A stretch of DNA of 64,000 nucleotides from an uncultured SAR86 cluster bacterium (GTDB lineage: Bacteria; Pseudomonadota; Gammaproteobacteria; Magnimaribacterales; AG-339-G14). Each line of letters opens with the position of its first letter. Position 1 is the stretch's first letter. The notes below the pieces were generated by a model, which did not search any database, was not told where the DNA came from, and saw only the letters and a list, made by a program, of their open reading frames with translations. Of the stretch, positions 29,542 to 39,050 are shown one piece after another. Made by a program: the position numbers and the translations under genes. The stretch spans positions 144,754-208,753 of the forward strand of contig CABZIF010000002.1 in assembly GCA_902525735.1 (NCBI GenBank). The letters run 5' to 3'.

Positions 29542-32500
29542 ATATACCCATTTAAATTTGCACTCAGAATACTCCATTCAAGATGGGTTAATTCGAATTC
29601 ATGATCTCGCTGATAAGGCGTCTGAATTAAATTTTGAAAGTTTAGCAATTACAGACTTATCAAATTTATTTGGGTTTATTAAATTTTATAAAGAGTTAAG
29701 AAAAAAAGGTATAAAGCCAATCTGTGGGTCAGATTTTATCCTATCAGGAGAAAATAGTAATTCTGGAAATCTACAGCTACTGGTAAAAAATCATAACGGA
29801 TATAAAAATTTAATTCGTTTGATTTCTAAATCTCATACTTTAGGGAAAGTTAATGGACATCCTCATCTATCTGTTCAAGATTTAGCAAAGTTTTCTGAAG
29901 ATCTCATCTTAATTACCGGAAGTATAGAAAGTCAGGTTGGGCAGTCCATTTTGGCAGGAAAACAGGATATAGCTCTAAAACAAATCGAGTATCTAAGAAA
30001 TATTTATAAAGACAATTTTTTCTTACAACTAACTAGAACTGGAAAAAATCAAGAAGAACTATGCAATCAAACCTTGATAGAATTTTCTAAAAATTTAGGA
30101 ATTCCAGTAGTAGCTACAAATCAAGTAAGATTTTTAGCTAAAGAGGATTTTGAAGCACATGAAACAAGAGTCTGTATACAATCCGGGCATGTTTTAGGAG
30201 ATAAAAGAAGACAAAGGTTTTTTCAGGATTCTCAGTATTTTAAATCAACTGAAGAAATGAATGAGCTTTTTGGCGATGTTCCAGAAGCTCTATCGAATGC
30301 CTATGAAATTTCAAAAAAATGTAATTTGGAAGTAAAAACAGGTATTTATGTTTTACCTGATTTTAAAACTCCAAATCAATCATCAGAAGCAGATTATTTA
30401 AAAAACTTAATCCAAGAGGGAATAACAAAAAAAATTCAAGTACAAAAATTTTCCGAAATTCCTGATACTTATAAAGAAAGATTAGATTATGAATTAGAAG
30501 TTATTTTAAAAATGGGTTACGAAGGATACTTTCTCATAGTTGCAGACTTCGTTAACTGGGCTAAGCATAATTCTGTCCCTGTTGGCCCTGGAAGAGGGTC
30601 TGGAGCAGGTTCTCTGATAGCTTACGCGATAGGCATCACAGGTATAGATCCAATTAAATATGATCTTTTATTTGAAAGATTTTTAAATCCAGACCGAATA
30701 AGTAATCCAGATTTTGATATAGATTTTTGCAGAGACGGAAGAGAAAAGGTAATTGAATATGTTACCGAAAAGTATGGCAAAAAGGCTGTTGCTCAAATAT
30801 GTACTTTTGGCACTATGGCTGCAAGAGCTGTAGTTAGAGATGTAGCTAGAGCACAAGGAAAATCGTATGGATTAGCAGACAGACTTGCGAAAATGATTCC
30901 CTTTAGTCCAGAGATGACTCTCGAAAAGGCTCTTAAGGACAATTCCGATTTGAGACGAATTCTTAAAGTGGACGAAGATGCAGCTGAAATATTTGAAATG
31001 GCAAAAAAATTGGAAGGAATAATAAGAAATGTAGGCAAACATGCTGCGGGAGTTGTTATGGCGCCTTCGGAAATTAATGATTACTCCCCTTTGTACTTAG
31101 ATGAAACAACCGACACCCTTGCAACACAATTTGATATGAAAGATATTGAATCAGTAGGATTACAAAAATTCGATTTTTTAGGATTAAAAACTCTTACGGT
31201 AATTAATAAAGCTCTCGTCGAGATTAATAATTCTAGAAGCAAAATAAACCTGGAACCTATTGATATAGATGAAATAGATTTAGAAGACAAAGGTACTTTT
31301 GATTTATTACAAAGAGGCCTTTCAACCGCAGTATTTCAGTTAGAATCAAGAGGAATCAAAGAATATATCGTCAAGTTAAAACCCAATAATTTTGAAGATA
31401 TCATTGCTTTAGTTGCTCTATACAGACCTGGACCTTTAGAAATGAAAATGGTTGATACGTATATAAACAGAAAGAAAGGTATCGAAAAAACTAAATATGG
31501 CGACGAACATGTAGAAAAAATTCTAAAAAATACATATGGTGTAATAGTCTATCAAGAACAAGTCATGCAATTAGCACAAGAATTTTCGGGATTTTCTTTA
31601 GGACAAGCAGATTTGTTAAGAAGGGCAATGGGTAAAAAAATACCAGAGGAAATGGAAAAACAAAGACCTGTTTTTATTGATGGAGCTATTAAAAAGGGAA
31701 AATCCGCAAGATTTGCAGAAGGGTTATTTGATCAAATAGAAACCTTTGCTGGTTATGGTTTTAATAAATCCCATTCTGCAGCATACGCGATGATTTCTTA
31801 TCAAACTGCTTGGTTGAAATCTCATTATCCTGCACAATTTATGGCTGCTGCATTATCTTCAGAAATGGGAGATTCTGATAAAATTCAACTTCTTCTCGAT
31901 GATGTTAAGGCACTGGGCCTTAAAATTCTTCCTCCAAATATTAATTTAAGTTTGAAGGATTTTGTTGCGTTAGATAATGAGACAATCTTGTTTGGACTTG
32001 GAGCAATAAAAGGAGTTGGAGATCCGGCTATAGAAAATATCATTGAAGAAAGAATAAAAAAGACCTTTCAAAATTTGAATGAATTTGTTTCAAGAATAGA
32101 TTTAAAAAAAGTTGATAAAAGGTCGCTTGAACCATTAATCAAATCTGGAGCTTTAGATAATTTTGGAGAAAATAGATTTGAAATGTTAGGAAAATTAGAA
32201 GGAGCTTTAAAATTTGCAAGACAAAAAACTGAATTCAAAGAGAGTAAAATTGATGATTTATTTGGAGAAATCAGTGATTCAATAGAAGTTAAGGACACGA
32301 AATTGAGCAGTAAATTTCATGAAATTGATAAATCTAAATTAGAATTTGCCTCTTTAGGGTTCTATTTAACTGCTCACCCCATGGATGAACACAGCTGGGA
32401 AGTAAGAAAGGTCGCTCCTGAGCCTATTTTGTCTTTATCTTCAGGTAAACATATTCAAAGATGTTCAGGAGTTGTCATCGCTTTTAAAAAAATTAATACA

Positions 32501-32986
32501 AGGAGAGGCCCATTAGTCTTTGCTACTCTTGATGATAATTCAGATAGAATTGAGCTTGTAATTTCAGGAGATGTATTAGAAAAATTTGCGCAACCAATAG
32601 ATAATGAAAAAATATTAATAGTAGATGGCGAAATATCTATTGATAGTTCTAAAGAGAGAGAAAATCTAGGTTTGAGAAAAAAAATGAATGTTTCAACAAT
32701 GCTGACTTTGGAACAAGCAAGAATAAAGTTTGCAAGAAAGTTGACTATTTGTATGAATAGTGATGATACTTCACTTTTAGACGAAAATTTAAAGGAATTG
32801 AAGTCTTTTTCAGCAAATATTACAGAAGGATGCCCTGTAGAAATTAAATATTCTTCAAAAGAAATAGATGCAGAAATAGACGTAGGAAATGATTTTAAAA
32901 TTTTGTTGAATGACACAAATTTAAAAAAACTCGTCAAAAATTATGGCGAAAAAAATTTAGATATTAGTTACTTTACAAGGCAATAA
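29534..32986 (+). CDS. dnaE: DNA polymerase III alpha subunit
   Basis: 1150 aa. PHP domain (HLNLHSEYSIQDG), polymerase core (GPGRGSGAGSLIAYAIGIT, DFDIDF) and OB fold. 8-nt overlap with rnhB. Confidence 0.97.
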   Translation: MNKYTHLNLHSEYSIQDGLIRIHDLADKASELNFESLAITDLSNLFGFIKFYKELRKKGIKPICGSDFILSGENSNSGNLQLLVKNHNGYKNLIRLISKSHTLGKVNGHPHLSVQDLAKFSEDLILITGSIESQVGQSILAGKQDIALKQIEYLRNIYKDNFFLQLTRTGKNQEELCNQTLIEFSKNLGIPVVATNQVRFLAKEDFEAHETRVCIQSGHVLGDKRRQRFFQDSQYFKSTEEMNELFGDVPEALSNAYEISKKCNLEVKTGIYVLPDFKTPNQSSEADYLKNLIQEGITKKIQVQKFSEIPDTYKERLDYELEVILKMGYEGYFLIVADFVNWAKHNSVPVGPGRGSGAGSLIAYAIGITGIDPIKYDLLFERFLNPDRISNPDFDIDFCRDGREKVIEYVTEKYGKKAVAQICTFGTMAARAVVRDVARAQGKSYGLADRLAKMIPFSPEMTLEKALKDNSDLRRILKVDEDAAEIFEMAKKLEGIIRNVGKHAAGVVMAPSEINDYSPLYLDETTDTLATQFDMKDIESVGLQKFDFLGLKTLTVINKALVEINNSRSKINLEPIDIDEIDLEDKGTFDLLQRGLSTAVFQLESRGIKEYIVKLKPNNFEDIIALVALYRPGPLEMKMVDTYINRKKGIEKTKYGDEHVEKILKNTYGVIVYQEQVMQLAQEFSGFSLGQADLLRRAMGKKIPEEMEKQRPVFIDGAIKKGKSARFAEGLFDQIETFAGYGFNKSHSAAYAMISYQTAWLKSHYPAQFMAAALSSEMGDSDKIQLLLDDVKALGLKILPPNINLSLKDFVALDNETILFGLGAIKGVGDPAIENIIEERIKKTFQNLNEFVSRIDLKKVDKRSLEPLIKSGALDNFGENRFEMLGKLEGALKFARQKTEFKESKIDDLFGEISDSIEVKDTKLSSKFHEIDKSKLEFASLGFYLTAHPMDEHSWEVRKVAPEPILSLSSGKHIQRCSGVVIAFKKINTRRGPLVFATLDDNSDRIELVISGDVLEKFAQPIDNEKILIVDGEISIDSSKERENLGLRKKMNVSTMLTLEQARIKFARKLTICMNSDDTSLLDENLKELKSFSANITEGCPVEIKYSSKEIDAEIDVGNDFKILLNDTNLKKLVKNYGEKNLDISYFTRQ

Positions 32987-33934
32987 ATGGCATACACATA
33001 TTTAGAATTCGAGAAACCTATCAGCGATTTAGAAAATAAAATTGAAAAACTGAGAGGTTCTGGAGATATTGGAAAAGATATAGAATCAGAAATATCTAAA
33101 CTAAGCTCTCAGATAGAAAAACTAACAAAGGAGGTTTACTCAAACCTTTCAATCTGGCAAAAAGTGCAAGTTGCCCGACATCCTCATAGGCCTCATTTTT
33201 CTGACTATATTGAAAATATTTTTTCGGACTTTGATGAACTTCATGGAGATAGAGTTTTTGGCGAAGATAAAGCAATCATAGGAGGACTAGCGAGATTTAA
33301 GAAAAGGCCAGTTGTCTTGGTTGGACAAGAAAAAGGAAAATCTACAGAAGATAAAATTTCAAGAAATTTTGGAATGGCTCAACCTGAGGGGTACAGAAAA
33401 ACTGCTCGGCTAATGAAAATGGCTGAAGATTTTGAATTACCCTTGATATCATTTATTGATACTCCTGGAGCTTACCCTGGGATTGAGAGTGAAGAAAGAG
33501 GAATGAGTGAAGCCATTGCTAAGAATTTAAGTCTGCTTTCGAATCTCAAAACGCCAGTAATAGTAATAATTACAGGAGAGGGAGGTTCTGGCGGAGCATT
33601 AGCAATTGGAATAGGGGACCATGTTTGTATGTTAGAGCATTCAATTTATGCAGTTGCATCACCAGAAGCATGTGCATCAATTGTCTGGAGAGACGGTTCT
33701 AAGGCCAAAGATGCAGCAGAAGCAATGAAAGTCGATGCCTCAAATCTTCAAAATTTAGGTTTAGTTGACGAAGTTATCGAAGAGCCCTTGGGGGGCGCCC
33801 ATAGAGATTCAAGAGGAGTGTCAAATTCTATTTCCCAAGTTATCGAAAAAAAATTACATAACTTCGATGAGGTTGATATTTCTGATTTGTTAAAAAAGAG
33901 ATATGAAAAAATCATGTCCTATGGATCTATATAA
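32987..33934 (+). CDS. accA: Acetyl-CoA carboxylase carboxyltransferase alpha subunit
   Basis: 315 aa with LEFEKPI..LE.KI, RHPHRPH and IDTPGAYPGIESEERG. Confidence 0.95.
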   Translation: MAYTYLEFEKPISDLENKIEKLRGSGDIGKDIESEISKLSSQIEKLTKEVYSNLSIWQKVQVARHPHRPHFSDYIENIFSDFDELHGDRVFGEDKAIIGGLARFKKRPVVLVGQEKGKSTEDKISRNFGMAQPEGYRKTARLMKMAEDFELPLISFIDTPGAYPGIESEERGMSEAIAKNLSLLSNLKTPVIVIITGEGGSGGALAIGIGDHVCMLEHSIYAVASPEACASIVWRDGSKAKDAAEAMKVDASNLQNLGLVDEVIEEPLGGAHRDSRGVSNSISQVIEKKLHNFDEVDISDLLKKRYEKIMSYGSI

Positions 33935-33940
33935 TAAATC

Positions 33941-34918
33941 TTGCATCCTTTAGAAGAAAAATTAAATTCCTTAATAAATAAAAAAGCAAAAAATTATTTT
34001 GTTGCTTATAGTGGCGGCGTAGATTCAACTGTTCTTTTAAATTGTGCAAATACAATTATTAAATCTTACAAAGGCTTATCTCTCGTAGCATTACACATAA
34101 ATCACAATTACTCTGATGACTCCAATGCTTGGAAAAATCACTGCATCGATTTTTGCAACAAAAGAAATATAAAAATTTTAACTTTTGATTTGGATCTTTC
34201 GAAATTAAAGGGAGCTAGTTTGGAAAATCAGTTAAGAAACTTAAGATATAAAATTTTTGAAGAAAATATCGGGAAAGATGAAAAACTTTTTATGGCTCAT
34301 CACTTAGACGATAATGTAGAAACTTTATTTCTTAGATTATTTAGAGGAACGGGCTTAAAAGGAGCTAAATCAATCCCATTCAAAAGACCCTTGGGTAAAG
34401 GCGAGCTAGTAAGACCCTTTTTAGATGTTCCTAAAAAAGATATTGAAAATTATGCAGCAGATAATGAATTGAATTTTATAAGTGATAAATCAAATGAAGA
34501 TATTAACTTTGATAGAAATTTTATAAGAAATGAAATTATTCCTTGGGTTAAAAAAAGATGGCCAAAATATGACCATAATATAAAAAAGTTTATTTTGAAT
34601 GCTAACGAGTCTTATGAGATTGTAAATAATCAAACTAAAATTGATTTTGGTACCGTTTCTTCCGGTAAAAAAGATCAAATTTTTCTGTCAAAATTAATTG
34701 TTTTACCTAAACATAGACAGAAAAATATAATCATTTTTTGGATAGATTCCTTAAACTTGAACCCACCTAACGGCAAAGTATTAAATGAAATTGTAGATAA
34801 ATTTGTATTTGCTGCAAAAGATAAAGACCCAACTTTTTTTTGGGGAACCAAAGAAAAAGAAGGTTCGGTGTGTTTAAAAATTAAGAAAGACAATCTAATT
34901 GCAAAATCAATATCCTGA
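33941..34918 (+). CDS. tilS: tRNA(Ile)-lysidine synthase (short form)
   Basis: TTG start and PP-loop YSGGVDS. At 325 aa it lacks the C-terminal domain of the roughly 430-aa E. coli protein. Confidence 0.85.
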   Translation: MHPLEEKLNSLINKKAKNYFVAYSGGVDSTVLLNCANTIIKSYKGLSLVALHINHNYSDDSNAWKNHCIDFCNKRNIKILTFDLDLSKLKGASLENQLRNLRYKIFEENIGKDEKLFMAHHLDDNVETLFLRLFRGTGLKGAKSIPFKRPLGKGELVRPFLDVPKKDIENYAADNELNFISDKSNEDINFDRNFIRNEIIPWVKKRWPKYDHNIKKFILNANESYEIVNNQTKIDFGTVSSGKKDQIFLSKLIVLPKHRQKNIIIFWIDSLNLNPPNGKVLNEIVDKFVFAAKDKDPTFFWGTKEKEGSVCLKIKKDNLIAKSIS

Positions 34919-36589
34919 TCTATTAATTCCGTTAATAATTGCTTGAAAAGATGCAACCACGGTATTAGGGTTTATCCCTACGCCCCAAAAGGTTTTATCT
35001 TTGATCGAAAGTTCAATATATGCGGCTGCGGATGCATCGGATCCAGATGAAATAGCGTTTTGTTGATAATCAGAAACCTTTAAATTAAATTTAAATTCAC
35101 TTGATAAGGCATCAATAAAAGAATCTATTGGGCCGTTTCCTTTTCCATACAATTTTGCGTTTTTACCATTAATTTTTAGATTTAGATTTATTTCATCTAT
35201 TTGCTTATTGTTTTCATCAATTTTAGAAATAATTTCGTGATTTGAATACTCACACTTTCCAATAACTTCTATGTAAGTTTTATTGAAAGTTTCCCAAATC
35301 AAATCAGCTTCAAGCTCTTTTCCAGTTTCATCTGCCATTTTTTGAATGATCCCTGAAAAATCTATTTGCAAGCGTCTAGGTAAAGATAACCCGTGATCTT
35401 TTTCTATAATATATGCCACGCCACCTTTTCCAGATTGACTATTTATTCGGATAACAGCTTCATAATTTCTGCCCACGTCTTCAGGATCTATTGGAAGATA
35501 AGGAACTCTCCATTTTGGGTCATTTGATTCTCTCATTGCATCGAAACCTTTTTTTATTGCATCTTGATGAGATCCAGAAAAAGCAGTGAAAACTAAATCT
35601 CCAGCGTAAGGATGTCTTGGGTGGATTGGAAGTTGATTGCAATATTCAACTTCTCGCATCACCTTATTGATGTCTGAAAAATCAAGTTTAGGATCTACTC
35701 CTTGAGTTAACTGATTAAGTGCTAATGAAACAATATCTACATTTCCAGTTCTTTCTCCGTTTCCAAAAAGCGTTCCTTCTATTCTGTCGGCACCAGCCAT
35801 TAATCCCAATTCTGCTGCGGCGATCCCAGTTCCTCTGTCATTGTGAGGATGCAGGCTTACCAAAACGTTTTCTCTTTGATCTAAATTTCGGCACATCCAT
35901 TCTATTTGATCTGCATAAATATTTGGCGACGCTAGTTCCACAGTTGCTGGAAGATTCATAATAGTTTTGAGTTCTTTACTTGGCTTCCATATTTGATTTA
36001 CTTCGTTACATACCTCAACAGCGTACTCCAACTCGGTTCCAGTAAAGCTTTCAGGACTATATTCAAATTGCCAGTTTGTATTTTTATTTTCGTCTGCAAG
36101 TATCTTCACTAGCTTTGCACCATCGGTAGCTATCTTTAAAATACCTTTTTTATCTTGTCTGAAAACGACTTCTCTTTGTAAAGAAGAAGTAGAATTATAT
36201 AAATGTAAAATTACGTTTTCTGCTCCTCTTACAGACTCGAATGTCCTTTTGATTAAATGTTCTCTAGCTTGCGTTAAAACTTGAATTTTAACGTCATCAG
36301 GAATGAGTTTCTTTTCAATTAGTTCTCTTACGAAATTAAATTCTGTATCTGAAGCTGAAGGAAATCCTACTTCAATTTCTTTAAAACCTAAATTAACCAA
36401 CATAGAAAAAAACCTTAATTTTTTTTCCATTCCCATTGGCTCAATCAAAGATTGATTCCCATCTCTTAAATCTACACTACACCAAATTGGCGACTTGATT
36501 ATCTGTTTTGAAGGCCAAGTTCTATCGTTAAGCGCAATGACTTTGAAAGGGGAATATTTATTTACGGAGCTATTTAGTATTTCTTTCAA
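34907..36589 (-). CDS. leuA: 2-isopropylmalate synthase (long form, LeuA type 2)
   Basis: 560 aa with a TTG start. N-terminal WPSK.I...P.WCSVDLRDGNQ, HPHNDRGTG, and a C-terminal regulatory domain. It is not next to leuBCD. Confidence 0.92.
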   Translation of the reverse strand: MKEILNSSVNKYSPFKVIALNDRTWPSKQIIKSPIWCSVDLRDGNQSLIEPMGMEKKLRFFSMLVNLGFKEIEVGFPSASDTEFNFVRELIEKKLIPDDVKIQVLTQAREHLIKRTFESVRGAENVILHLYNSTSSLQREVVFRQDKKGILKIATDGAKLVKILADENKNTNWQFEYSPESFTGTELEYAVEVCNEVNQIWKPSKELKTIMNLPATVELASPNIYADQIEWMCRNLDQRENVLVSLHPHNDRGTGIAAAELGLMAGADRIEGTLFGNGERTGNVDIVSLALNQLTQGVDPKLDFSDINKVMREVEYCNQLPIHPRHPYAGDLVFTAFSGSHQDAIKKGFDAMRESNDPKWRVPYLPIDPEDVGRNYEAVIRINSQSGKGGVAYIIEKDHGLSLPRRLQIDFSGIIQKMADETGKELEADLIWETFNKTYIEVIGKCEYSNHEIISKIDENNKQIDEINLNLKINGKNAKLYGKGNGPIDSFIDALSSEFKFNLKVSDYQQNAISSGSDASAAAYIELSIKDKTFWGVGINPNTVVASFQAIINGINRSGY

Positions 36590-36635
36590 TTTTTTTTCTT
36601 CATTTTATTCTAAAATAACATATAGAAACGGCATT

Positions 36636-36929
36636 ATGAACGCAGACGAAAATTTTATAAAGGAAGTAGGAATTCAATATTGGAAGTTGAATGACAACTT
36701 TAAATTTAAAAATAATAAAATTAAACCTAATAAACATATTAATTTTTCTCAAAATGAATCAGAATTTTTATTTTCAGTTTCTAAAGCTTTTGGACTGGAT
36801 TTTCAATTAAAAGATTCATTAAAAATATACAAGTTCTTAACGGAAAATAAATTCTTGAAAGAGGTTAATATAAATAAACTAATGAAGGACCCAGATGCAA
36901 AGAGAAAAATTTGGATCGAAAACTCTTAA
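36636..36929 (+). CDS. holD: Candidate DNA polymerase III psi subunit (minimal, 97 aa)
   Basis: It lies immediately upstream of rimI, the conserved holD-rimI arrangement. N-terminal VGIQYWKL compares with E. coli LGITQWSL, and C-terminal LMKDPDAKRKIWIEN compares with LRANPTARAALWQQI. The track's upstream extension from 36495 overlaps the leuA start and is rejected. Confidence 0.55.
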   Translation: MNADENFIKEVGIQYWKLNDNFKFKNNKIKPNKHINFSQNESEFLFSVSKAFGLDFQLKDSLKIYKFLTENKFLKEVNINKLMKDPDAKRKIWIENS

Positions 36930-36939
36930 TATAAAAAAA

Positions 36940-37434
36940 ATGACCTTCAAAGATTTGGAGGATGTTTATGAGATTGAAAAGCTTTCCAATCCAACTCCAT
37001 GGAGCCAAGCTAGCTTTTCAGACTGTCTCAGGGGTTTTTATCAAAACTTAATTATCACACTAGATTCAGAAACTGTTGCTTTTTGTATTATGACTATTAA
37101 CTTTACTGAATCACACTTACTCAATATCTCAGTGCATCCAAACTATAGACACAAAGGCATTGGAGAAATTTTATTAAAAATGTCAGAAAAAAAATCAATT
37201 AATAAAGGGGTTTCAGATATTTTTTTAGAAGTAAGAGAGTCTAATAAAAATGCCATTTTATTTTATAAAAAAAATGGATACAAATATGTGGGGATTAGAA
37301 AAAATTACTATAAAAATAGCTCAGGAAGAGAGGATGGGTTGATATTTACGAAACATTTAAAAATTAGTAAATTAAACAGCCTTTATAATCAAATGACATA
37401 TATGATTACGAGTATTTTGAAAATTAAAAATTAA
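36940..37434 (+). CDS. rimI: Ribosomal-protein-S18-alanine N-acetyltransferase
   Basis: GNAT fold (LNISVHPNYRHKGIGEILL, LEVRESNKNAILFYKKNGY, RKNYY..GREDGLI) that aligns well to E. coli RimI. The ATG at 36940 is preferred. Confidence 0.8.
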   Translation: MTFKDLEDVYEIEKLSNPTPWSQASFSDCLRGFYQNLIITLDSETVAFCIMTINFTESHLLNISVHPNYRHKGIGEILLKMSEKKSINKGVSDIFLEVRESNKNAILFYKKNGYKYVGIRKNYYKNSSGREDGLIFTKHLKISKLNSLYNQMTYMITSILKIKN

Positions 37435-37445
37435 TTGGGGTAAAA

Positions 37446-38486
37446 ATGGAGTATAGAAAGCTAGGGAATACCGATATAGAAGTAAGTGTTATCTGTTTAG
37501 GAACTATGACTTGGGGTCAACAAAATACAGAAGAAGAAGGTCACGAACAGATGGATTATGCGGTTGATCAAGGAATAAACTTCTTCGATACAGCTGAACT
37601 TTATGCAATACCTCCTAAAGAAGAAACTCAAGGAAGCACAGAAGAAATCATTGGATCTTGGTTCAAGAAAAATAAAAATAGAGATAAAATTATACTAGCT
37701 ACTAAAGTCGCGGGGAGAAGCGGTATGAAGTGGTTTAGAGGTGGTGAGACCAGATTAGATAAAAAAAATATTGAAGCAGCCGTTGAAGGAAGCTTAAAAA
37801 GACTTAATACCGATTACATAGATTTATATCAATTACACTGGCCGGATAGACCTTTAAATATTTTTGGTGGAGGATTGGGGGCTTATAAGCATTACGATTT
37901 AGAAAGTATCGAGATTTCAGAAACATTAGAAGTATTATCGGAAATTGTAAAGACAGGAAAAGTTAGAAATATAGCTCTTTCAAATGAAACCCCATGGGGT
38001 CTTTCTGAATTTATTAATAAATCTGAAATGCTAAATTTTCCAAGAGTTCAATCTGTTCAAAATGCATATAACCTTCTTAATAGAACTTATGAATATGGGA
38101 TGTCTGAATTTGCTCATAGGTCTTCAGTGGGACTCCTTGCATATTCACCTTTAGCACAAGGATATTTGTCGGGAAAATATTTAAACGGAGCAATGCCTAA
38201 GGGTTCTCGAACCCAGTTATTTGGCAGGGGCCAGAGATACGAGACTCCTGCTGCTGAAAAGTCTATTCAAGCATATGTTGATTATGCGGAAAAAATTGGA
38301 ATGGATCCTTCCGTTATGGCAAATGCTTTTGTGAACTCCAGAGAATTTGTAACGTCAAATATTATAGGCGCAACAACAATGGAGCAATTGAAACTTGCGG
38401 TTGGTAGTTGGGAAGTAAAATTATCTGAAGAAGATTTTAAAGAATTTGACATGATACATGCAGCATGTCCAAATCCTTGTCCCTAA
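37446..38486 (+). CDS. NADP-dependent aldo/keto reductase (Tas-like)
   Basis: 346 aa. The N-terminus (YRKLGNTDIEVSVICLGTMTWGQQNTEEEGHEQMDYAVDQGINFFDTAELY) parallels E. coli Tas. Confidence 0.85.
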   Translation: MEYRKLGNTDIEVSVICLGTMTWGQQNTEEEGHEQMDYAVDQGINFFDTAELYAIPPKEETQGSTEEIIGSWFKKNKNRDKIILATKVAGRSGMKWFRGGETRLDKKNIEAAVEGSLKRLNTDYIDLYQLHWPDRPLNIFGGGLGAYKHYDLESIEISETLEVLSEIVKTGKVRNIALSNETPWGLSEFINKSEMLNFPRVQSVQNAYNLLNRTYEYGMSEFAHRSSVGLLAYSPLAQGYLSGKYLNGAMPKGSRTQLFGRGQRYETPAAEKSIQAYVDYAEKIGMDPSVMANAFVNSREFVTSNIIGATTMEQLKLAVGSWEVKLSEEDFKEFDMIHAACPNPCP

Positions 38487-38549
38487 AATCATTAAATTAG
38501 ATTCAGTTTCTCTAAAGAGAATAATTTTTGATAATTATTTAAATTTTTT

Positions 38550-39050
38550 ATGAATTTTTTTAATAAAAACAAACAAAACTTATTAGTTTCAAGTAACTTA
38601 AATATCGAGGGCACTTGTAAAAATTTTTCTGAATTATCAGTTGAAGAAATAGCCTCTATTAAGAAAATTAAATTAGAAAATTTTAAGAATTCTGAAATAA
38701 AAAATTCTTTTGAGTTGAATATTATTGATCATAGAAGCTTTCACTTCCTTATCCTGCAAAATAAGAATCTCATTGCATATTCAAGGCTTGTTCCGCCGAG
38801 TTCAAATTTTAAAAATTTAACCTTAGAAAGATTTTGTGTAGCTAATGCTTATAAAGGAAGAGGAATTTCTCGCATTTTAATTAAATTAATTATTGATAAA
38901 GCTGCGGATCTATTTCCTAGAGAAGTTTTAAGTCTCTCCTCTTTGGAAGATACAAAACTATTTTATGAAAAATTTGGATTTAGCTCTAATTATTTTACTC
39001 ATGATGAAAATGGCAATCTTCATTACTTTATGACTAGAAAATCTAAATAA
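38550..39050 (+). CDS. GNAT-family N-acetyltransferase (ElaA-like)
   Basis: 166 aa. FSELSVEEIASIKKIK.. and RFCVANAYKGRGISRILI (acetyl-CoA binding R/Q-x-x-G-x-G/A region). The layout resembles ElaA. Confidence 0.65.
   Translation: MNFFNKNKQNLLVSSNLNIEGTCKNFSELSVEEIASIKKIKLENFKNSEIKNSFELNIIDHRSFHFLILQNKNLIAYSRLVPPSSNFKNLTLERFCVANAYKGRGISRILIKLIIDKAADLFPREVLSLSSLEDTKLFYEKFGFSSNYFTHDENGNLHYFMTRKSK

Noticed and set aside
32455-32937. A 160-aa ORF antisense to the dnaE C-terminal region. Smaller ones lie at 30793-31038, 31081-31290 and 32068-32298.
   Set aside because: Shadow frames of a well-supported 1150-aa DnaE, with Ser/Ile/Phe-rich composition and no start context.
36586-36603. An out-of-frame ATG (36603) sits 14 nt upstream of the leuA TTG start, separated by an A8 run. 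I considered a frameshift or mis-called start.
   Set aside because: One extra A would add only MKKKK to the N-terminus. The TTG start already gives a normal LeuA N-terminus, and the in-frame upstream region hits a stop at 36605-36607. This is more likely chance in an A-rich leader.
36495-36635. A 47-codon upstream extension of the psi-like ORF.
   Set aside because: It overlaps the leuA start in antisense. The psi-like similarity begins only after the ATG at 36636.
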